A stretch of 64,000 nucleotides of DNA. Origin: Verrucomicrobiia bacterium (lineage in GTDB: Bacteria > Verrucomicrobiota > Verrucomicrobiia > Limisphaerales > UBA11358). Where the stretch lies: positions 4,353 to 68,352 of the forward strand of contig DATLVR010000119.1 of assembly GCA_035577265.1 (NCBI GenBank), given 5' to 3'. The stretch's first letter is position 1. The number at the start of each line of letters is the position of its first letter. The position numbers and the translations under genes were made by a program. Below the pieces are notes generated by a model. That model did no database searches. It had not been told where the DNA came from and saw only the letters and a program-made list of their open reading frames with translations. Positions 55,111 through 62,000 of this stretch are shown piece by piece.

Positions 55111-56970
55111 ATGAAAAATAAAACCTTCGAAATTTTACTATTGGCCGTCGGGGCCGCCACAATGATGGGCGTTTCCATCAGCCGGGCAGCAACCTTTACC
55201 GCCACCACCACCGGCAATTGGAGTCTTGGTGCCACTTGGGGCAACTCCGGTAACAATGTGGTCGGCTCTGGTGTCCCCGGCTCGGCCGATGCCGCCGTGA
55301 TTCCTGTCGGCTTCACGGTGACCTATGACAACAGCGCGCCAGTGACCGCTGGGACGGTTGACGTCTCGGGATCAATCATCGTCTCGAAAAACAATGCTGG
55401 CACCAGCGGACCCACCTTTGGAGATTTTGCCATTGAGAGCGGCGGTGTTTATTCTTTCGGAAATCAGATTCCCATCACCTTTACTGGCAATTTCACCAAC
55501 CTCGGCAGCATGAATATTTCCGGCCAAAGCCAGACCGCTCTGACAACCTACAGTGGCACAGGAAAAGTTATTGTCGGAAACGTGACGAACCAGATAGCAA
55601 ACATCACCGGAAGCTACACAAACCTCGGTCTTCTGCTCGTGGGCGCGAATGCACAAAGCGGCAATGTGCAAGGATCTGGTTCATTGGTAAATCTGGGAAC
55701 GATCATCAGCAAAGGAACTTCGGCAGTTGCGGCTGGCCTGACGCTGGATGGCACCGCCGCCGGGAATACATTCCGTTGGACCGACGTCAACATCACTCCG
55801 ACGCCCAAGGCAACCGCCTATTACAATCTTATTCTCGGCAACCAAGGGTCTGCTGGTTGGAATTTGAACGGTGCCGGTCTCACTGTTGCGGGCGATTTGA
55901 CGATTGCGAACGTTGGTGGTGTTTCTTCCTGGCCAGCCAACAATGTCATCGGCGGCATGCTTAATTACAACGCTTCCTCTGGAACTGCTGCGGCTGGTTT
56001 CCCTGCTGCATTTTCAATCGGCGGCCTCAACCAAACTTCGGGCACATTGGCATTACCTGCAAATGCCGTCCTCACGGTGACCGGCACGGGCGCGAGCGCT
56101 TGGGCACGAACGGGCGGTGCCTTGAACATCAGCGGGACAAGCACCGTTAAATTCACCGGCGGGGCGCCTAGCATCGGCGGAACGGCTGCCAACCGGTTTG
56201 CCAATCTGGTCATTGATGGCACTGCCGTCAATGCATCTGCCACCGCAGCGCTTATTGTCACCAACGCCCTGACTATTAACGGCGGAGGTTCACTGGACGT
56301 GACGGCGTTGACCACTTACACGTTGTCCGTGACGCAATCTGTTTTAAGCGCTGGCACTATCGTGGGCAGTGTTGACACGGCGGCCAATTCCAAGGCCAGA
56401 ATATACGCGGGAACCGACGGTGGATTTGGCACGAACACAATTACCGGCAACCTCACCTTGAACATCACCAACAGCGTCAATCTGGACATCAACTCCACGG
56501 CGGCTTCTGCCAATGACCGCCTGGCTGTGGGCGGCACATTGACGCTGAACAGCACCGTGTTCAACCTCAAAGCTCCAAGCGATGGCGCGACCATTGACAC
56601 CGCCAATGATTATACCCTCGCCACGGCAAGCACCATTTCGGGCACGCCGGTTTTGAATTGGGTGGCCGGCTTTGTGCCGGCCAACAGCAATGACTACGTT
56701 CTGGTGGTCAATGGTGGAACCATCAAGCTTCACAATACGGGCGGCGTGGTGCCGGTGGGTTCACCAGCTATTACTGCATCCGTCAGCGGCGGCATCCTGA
56801 CCTTATCTTGGGACAGCACCACCTTCCCCGGTTACAGCGTTCAGGCTCAAACCAACAGCACCGGCATTGGCACAAGTTGGAGTGATACCGGCAGCGGCAC
56901 AGTCAGTCCCTATCAACCCACAATAGACCCGGCTAACCCGACAGTGTTTTATCGACTGGCTCATCCTTGA
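55111..56970 (+). CDS. Secreted beta-strand-repeat protein, paralogue with C-terminal ...FYRLAHP module
   Basis: A signal peptide is present. ATFTATTTGNWSLGATW follows. The body consists of repeats. The C-terminus reads LTLSWDSTTFPGYSVQAQTNS...VFYRLAHP. Confidence 0.8.
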   Translation: MKNKTFEILLLAVGAATMMGVSISRAATFTATTTGNWSLGATWGNSGNNVVGSGVPGSADAAVIPVGFTVTYDNSAPVTAGTVDVSGSIIVSKNNAGTSGPTFGDFAIESGGVYSFGNQIPITFTGNFTNLGSMNISGQSQTALTTYSGTGKVIVGNVTNQIANITGSYTNLGLLLVGANAQSGNVQGSGSLVNLGTIISKGTSAVAAGLTLDGTAAGNTFRWTDVNITPTPKATAYYNLILGNQGSAGWNLNGAGLTVAGDLTIANVGGVSSWPANNVIGGMLNYNASSGTAAAGFPAAFSIGGLNQTSGTLALPANAVLTVTGTGASAWARTGGALNISGTSTVKFTGGAPSIGGTAANRFANLVIDGTAVNASATAALIVTNALTINGGGSLDVTALTTYTLSVTQSVLSAGTIVGSVDTAANSKARIYAGTDGGFGTNTITGNLTLNITNSVNLDINSTAASANDRLAVGGTLTLNSTVFNLKAPSDGATIDTANDYTLATASTISGTPVLNWVAGFVPANSNDYVLVVNGGTIKLHNTGGVVPVGSPAITASVSGGILTLSWDSTTFPGYSVQAQTNSTGIGTSWSDTGSGTVSPYQPTIDPANPTVFYRLAHP

Positions 56971-56986
56971 TTGGTTAAGTTTGTGG

Positions 56987-57020
56987 CGGGTGCGTATCAT
57001 TGATACGCGCCCGTTTTTTT
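56987..57020 (+). terminator. Rho-independent terminator after the 55111..56970 gene
   Basis: CGGGTGCGTATC-ATT-GATACGCGCCCG forms a 12-bp stem (one G-U pair) followed by TTTTTTT. Confidence 0.75.
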
Positions 57021-57059
57021 GTGCTCAAAAACCATTTCGCACCGACGCTATCTTCCCAT

Positions 57060-57078
57060 GTCGCCAATTCATGTGACT
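57060..57078 (+). promoter_or_regulatory. Conserved 19-nt upstream motif, copy b (GTCGCCAATTCATGTGACT)
   Basis: It lies 156 nt upstream of the 57234 start, just after the terminator of the preceding gene. Confidence 0.55.
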
Positions 57079-57233
57079 ATCACTTGGTGCCAGAATCATT
57101 ACCATATTGTCATACACCCACTAATCAGGAACCCGTGCCGACCATTAAAAAGGCGTGCCCATATTAACTGGCAAATATCACGCTAATTGTTTGATGCCGT
57201 TTTACCGCTTCCAAAGACAACCCACAAAAACAA

Positions 57234-58805
57234 ATGAAAACAAAATTTTTTATCACCATATTGATCGTTCCAAGCTTGGTCTTATGCGCTTCAGCGAGCT
57301 GGGCGGATACCATCACTGCGAATCCAGGCGGCGGCGGCTGGCATAACACCGGAACTTGGGTGGGTGGTGTCGTGCCATCTGCGACTGACGATGCCGTCTT
57401 GACACCATCTGTTAATGTGGATTCGAGCGTGTCCATCCATAATATTTCCGTCAGCGGCGGCGGGACATTTTTTGTCGGCAGCCCGCTGAACGCCAGCGGA
57501 GACATGTCCTTGAGCGGAACGTTGACGGTGCAACAAGGCGCCGCAGTCACCATCGGCGGCAATCTGAACATCGGCAGCGGCACGACGTATGACCCGTCTT
57601 GCAACGATGTCACGGTGACGGGCGACACGTCGGTCAGCGGCATTTTGAAAGACGGTTGCGGACTTAACAATCATCTGGCGGATACCCTGGGTGGTAATGT
57701 CACCGTCAATTCCGGCGGTGTGTGGCAGTTATCCGACGTGGCCGAATGGTTGGTTGGCGGCAATGTGGTGAATAACGGCAGTATCACGGCCACTAGCGGC
57801 GGAATAACCTTCGTTGGCAGTGGCAAGACCATCAGCGGGAATTCTTTTCCAATTCCAAAAATGGTCGTCAACGGCACGATTCAGAACAGCATGGCACTGA
57901 CGATCGCCACGGCGCTTTCTGGTTCGGGAACATTAACTGTCGGCGCCAACACGACGCTCACGCTTGGAGGAACAGCAACCGTGGGAGCGCTGGACGCCTC
58001 TGCCAGCCCCAACACCGTTACTTACAGCGGCGCGGCGCAAACCGTGAAGCCTGCTGCCTACAACCAGCTCACCTTGAGCGGCAGCAACGTCAAAACATTT
58101 TCCAGTGGCTCCACGGTGAGCGGCAACCTGACAGTTTCTTCGCCTGTGCGCGCTGCCATCAATACGACCGTGACAGTTGCAGGCGCCACCACTGTGAATG
58201 CCGGTGCAACTTTATCCGGCACGGGAATACTGAATGGGGCAACCGCCGTCAATGGCACTATTGCTCCCGGCCCGACCATTGGAACTCTGACGCTAGGCAG
58301 CAACCCAAGTCTTAATGGAACAACGGTGATGGAAATCAATCGCACCGCTTCGCCCAATGCCGACTTGCTGACGATTAGCGGCGACCCACTGACTTACAGC
58401 GGCACATTGACGGTGAATAATCTGGGTCCGGCGCTCGCCGCCGGCGACACCTTCCAACTTTTCAATGCCTCAGGTTATTCCAGCACATTTGGCACGGTAA
58501 CCCTTCCCACGCTTGGAGCCAACCTCGCTTGGAACAATACTCTCGCATCGAACGGCGCTATCTCCGTCATCAGCACGCTGCCTCCCGGCGCGCCAAGCAT
58601 CTCAGCTTCTCTTGGCGGAACCAATCTGACACTGTCCTGGGACAGCACAACTTTCCCCGGTTATAGTGTTCAAGTTCAAACGAACATCTCCAGTGCGGGA
58701 CTTGGTGCCAGTTGGAACGACACGGGCAGCGGCACGGTCAGTCCCTATGCGACCACGATAGACCCGGCCAACCCGGCCGTGTTCTACCGCCTGGCGCATC
58801 CTTGA
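57234..58805 (+). CDS. Secreted beta-strand-repeat protein, paralogue with C-terminal ...FYRLAHP module
   Basis: The signal peptide reads MKTKFFITILIVPSLVLCASASWA. DTITANPGGGGWHNTGTW follows. The body consists of repeats. The C-terminus reads LTLSWDSTTFPGYSVQVQTN...VFYRLAHP. Confidence 0.8.
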   Translation: MKTKFFITILIVPSLVLCASASWADTITANPGGGGWHNTGTWVGGVVPSATDDAVLTPSVNVDSSVSIHNISVSGGGTFFVGSPLNASGDMSLSGTLTVQQGAAVTIGGNLNIGSGTTYDPSCNDVTVTGDTSVSGILKDGCGLNNHLADTLGGNVTVNSGGVWQLSDVAEWLVGGNVVNNGSITATSGGITFVGSGKTISGNSFPIPKMVVNGTIQNSMALTIATALSGSGTLTVGANTTLTLGGTATVGALDASASPNTVTYSGAAQTVKPAAYNQLTLSGSNVKTFSSGSTVSGNLTVSSPVRAAINTTVTVAGATTVNAGATLSGTGILNGATAVNGTIAPGPTIGTLTLGSNPSLNGTTVMEINRTASPNADLLTISGDPLTYSGTLTVNNLGPALAAGDTFQLFNASGYSSTFGTVTLPTLGANLAWNNTLASNGAISVISTLPPGAPSISASLGGTNLTLSWDSTTFPGYSVQVQTNISSAGLGASWNDTGSGTVSPYATTIDPANPAVFYRLAHP

Positions 58806-58828
58806 GTTCCAAAGGTTGCCAACCGGCT

Positions 58829-58847
58829 GTCACCATATCATGCGACT
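58829..58847 (+). promoter_or_regulatory. Conserved 19-nt upstream motif, copy c (GTCACCATATCATGCGACT)
   Basis: It lies 220 nt upstream of the 59067 start of the giant ORF. Confidence 0.55.
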
Positions 58848-59066
58848 ATCGTGTATGATTAAAAATGATAAATTAAATAAAACCCTGTCACATCCTGGAC
58901 ACCTGTTCATAACCACGGCATGTCGTTTTTTATCTCCGTGTTAATTGGGGTAAGATGGACACTTGCCCATTAAAAGGTGGTGGCGCAGTGCGAGTGCGAT
59001 CGTGGTGTTCGTCAGCGGGAAACAGTTATCAGAAAACCCTAAACAGCATATTGTCCCCTAATTCAT

Positions 59067-62000
59067 ATGAAGACTACCCAGGCAGCCGGTCGGCAGATTT
59101 CCGTCCTCCTCATCGCATTCGTTGCGCTGTTCGGCGCGATAAATGTTCAAGCGGCAAATTATACAGCCGCAATAAGCGGGAATTGGAATGGAGATGCCTT
59201 TGCCATATGGGGCGTTGCCAAAACATCGCAAACCGGCACCATTTTTGTCAATAATACCAGCACTTCAGCGGTAGTAGGGACGGGCACTTCATTCACCACG
59301 ACGGTTGTGGTTGGGGACTCCATTTATGCTGGCAGCACATTTATTGGTATCGTGGGAATAATTACCGACAATACTCATCTTAGCCTCGCCGCGAACTCCC
59401 TCGCGGGCGTTCCGGCGGGCACGGCTTGGTTCTCTGCCAGGCCGCCGACTTCCAGTGATACTGTTACAATTCCATCTGGTAAGACTATTACCATTCAAAA
59501 CAGCGATCCGCGCACACTTGGATCTGTCATTCTCAGCGGTCAACTAAGCGTCGGGTCGGGTTCGGGCAGCGTCGCTGTTACCGTTGGAGGAGATATGACG
59601 GTTAATAGCGGTGGAATTCTAAAATTGGATACGCAAAACGCCCAAGGCATTACTTACAACGGGAATGTGACCAACAATGGCGCGACCCTTTATAGTGCAA
59701 ACGGCAGCACAACCTACACCTACGCTGGAGGAACTGTTGGTTCGCCAAAATATTTGGTTGGAAATATCACTAACGTGATTGCCAAAGTCACCGGGGTGTA
59801 TGTAAACCTTGGCAACCTTGTCACTGGCAGCGGTCAACAAGTTACAGGATTGCAGGGAACCGGTGGCTCGTTGACCAATCTTGGCGTGATTTATTACGGT
59901 GGAAATGCGGTTCCTTCAATTACGACGCTCATCACCACCAATACGGGTAGTGCATTCATTTGCGTTTCCGGGTCCGGACAGCAGGGGTTTTCTTTTTCCG
60001 GAAAGTATTACAATCTGAACTACGGCGCCGCAGGGGGCACACCTAGTCTGGCCAGTATTACTGATATTTATTATAATTTAACTCTGGCGGCAGGGGTCTC
60101 TACATGGCCAAGCAGCTTGAATTTTGCCGGCACATTATTGAATAATACTGGTGCCTCATCAAGTTCGAGTGCAATTACGATGACCGGCAACACTGCCATC
60201 GGCGGCTCTCAGGCAATCACTGCGAGCGGTGTGATTAGCGGCAGTAGTAAATCGCTGGCCAAATTCGGCACAGGCACGGCCACATTGAAACCAACTAGCA
60301 CAGCAGTTGAAACCTACACGGGCAACACAGTGCTTTATGGAGGCTCCTTAATCGAAGATTACACCGGCGGAACTATAACGGCAGACTTGATCAATAATGC
60401 TTCGGCACTTTCGCTGGGTGGTCCAGCGTTCGCCTTCCAAGGCGGCAGTGCCACTTTTCAAATAACTGGAAGAAACGCAGCTACGACTTTAAATCAGACG
60501 TTTAATGGCGCGACTATCAATCCGGGGGGTTATGTAGTCACGATTGCTGGGGGAAATGCCGGCGCGACATTCAATCTGCATCTTGGTACCATTACCCGAA
60601 GCGTGGCTGGCGGCGCGGTCAACTTCACCACTTCCGGCAGCGGCACGCGCAATATCATGACGACGCAGATCAACAACAACGGCATCATCGGGCCGTATGC
60701 CATTTTCCAAGGAACTGATTTCGCCACGGGCAGTGCGGCGGGCAGCGATACGACCATCGCCCCTGTCAGTGCGACTGCATTGCCCACGTCCGGTGGCACC
60801 TCTACTGTCAATTATTCGTTGGCTGGCAGCCAAACCCAATCGAGTGATGTTACCGGCAATACGCTCAAACTTACGAGCACAACAACCAGTCAGTCTTTGG
60901 CGCTCGGAACAGCCAACTTGACGGTCAACGGCCTGGCCTATTCGACGGTTAATGCATATACCATCAGCGGCAGCACTGGCATTCTCGGTGCGGGCTCTGG
61001 CAATGAGTTTATCATTCATCAAAATAGTGCTGGCACCTTGACAATCGGCGCGCCGCTTATTGGAGCAAACAACGGCAGGCTTACCAAGGTCGGCACCGGC
61101 AATTTGACCCTGACCGGAGCCAGCAGCTACACCGGTAACACAGTCGTCGGGCAGGGAACTCTACAACTTGGTGCGGGTGGCTCAATCAATAATTCAACCA
61201 GCATCAATGTATTGCCTGGCGCCACTTTTACGGTCAACGGCACCACTACCACTCCTGCGAGTCAGGATCTGGCTGGTAGCGGAACAATCAACGGTGGCGC
61301 TCTAACTTTGGGTGCCAGTGGAACAATCCATCCCGGCGGTGCCGGTCAGTACGGCACGCTAACGTTTGCAAGCGGTTTGACACTTCCTTCCACCGCTACT
61401 GCTACCTTCGATCTTGATGCACAACAGTCACCGCAAGATGATCAAATTGCTGTGACCGGCACTTTGACCTGCGGTAGTGCCAATGTGGTTATCAATCCAG
61501 GCCCAAATTTTGGTCCTGGGACTTACATTTTGGCCACAGCCAGCACCGCTGTGTCCGGCACATTCAACCCTACGGTCAGTTTCGCTTCTGGAGCAGGGAC
61601 TGTCACGCTATCATATACCGCGACCAGCGTTATTCTTAAAGTTACAAGCTATGCTTCATGCGCTACGCCTGCGCTTTTCACCGTGGGTGGCGGGACTAAT
61701 TGCAGTGATTCCGGACTGACCCTTACGTTAAGTGGTTCTGAAATTGGCACGACTTACTTCGTGCGCACCAATGGCGTTGCCAACGGGATTTTGTCAAATA
61801 GCGTTAGCGGTGGTGCGCTTAGTTTCCCGGTTCAAACCGATGCTGGAACTTACACGTTGCTGGCGTCAAACAGTTGCGGCAATACACTTCTAATGACCGG
61901 CAGCGCGGTTGTGAATCCTGCAATCAACACGGCGTATAACCTGACCGGCGGAGATGGATGTTCAAGTCCGGGGGTGATCATTGGGTTGAGCGGATCACAG

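Noticed and set aside
58955-59254. A 99-aa plus-strand ORF lies upstream of, and overlaps, the giant gene start.
   Set aside because: It is in a different frame from the 59067 ORF, has no motifs and is Cys/Arg/Ser-rich. The 59067 start gives a canonical signal peptide.
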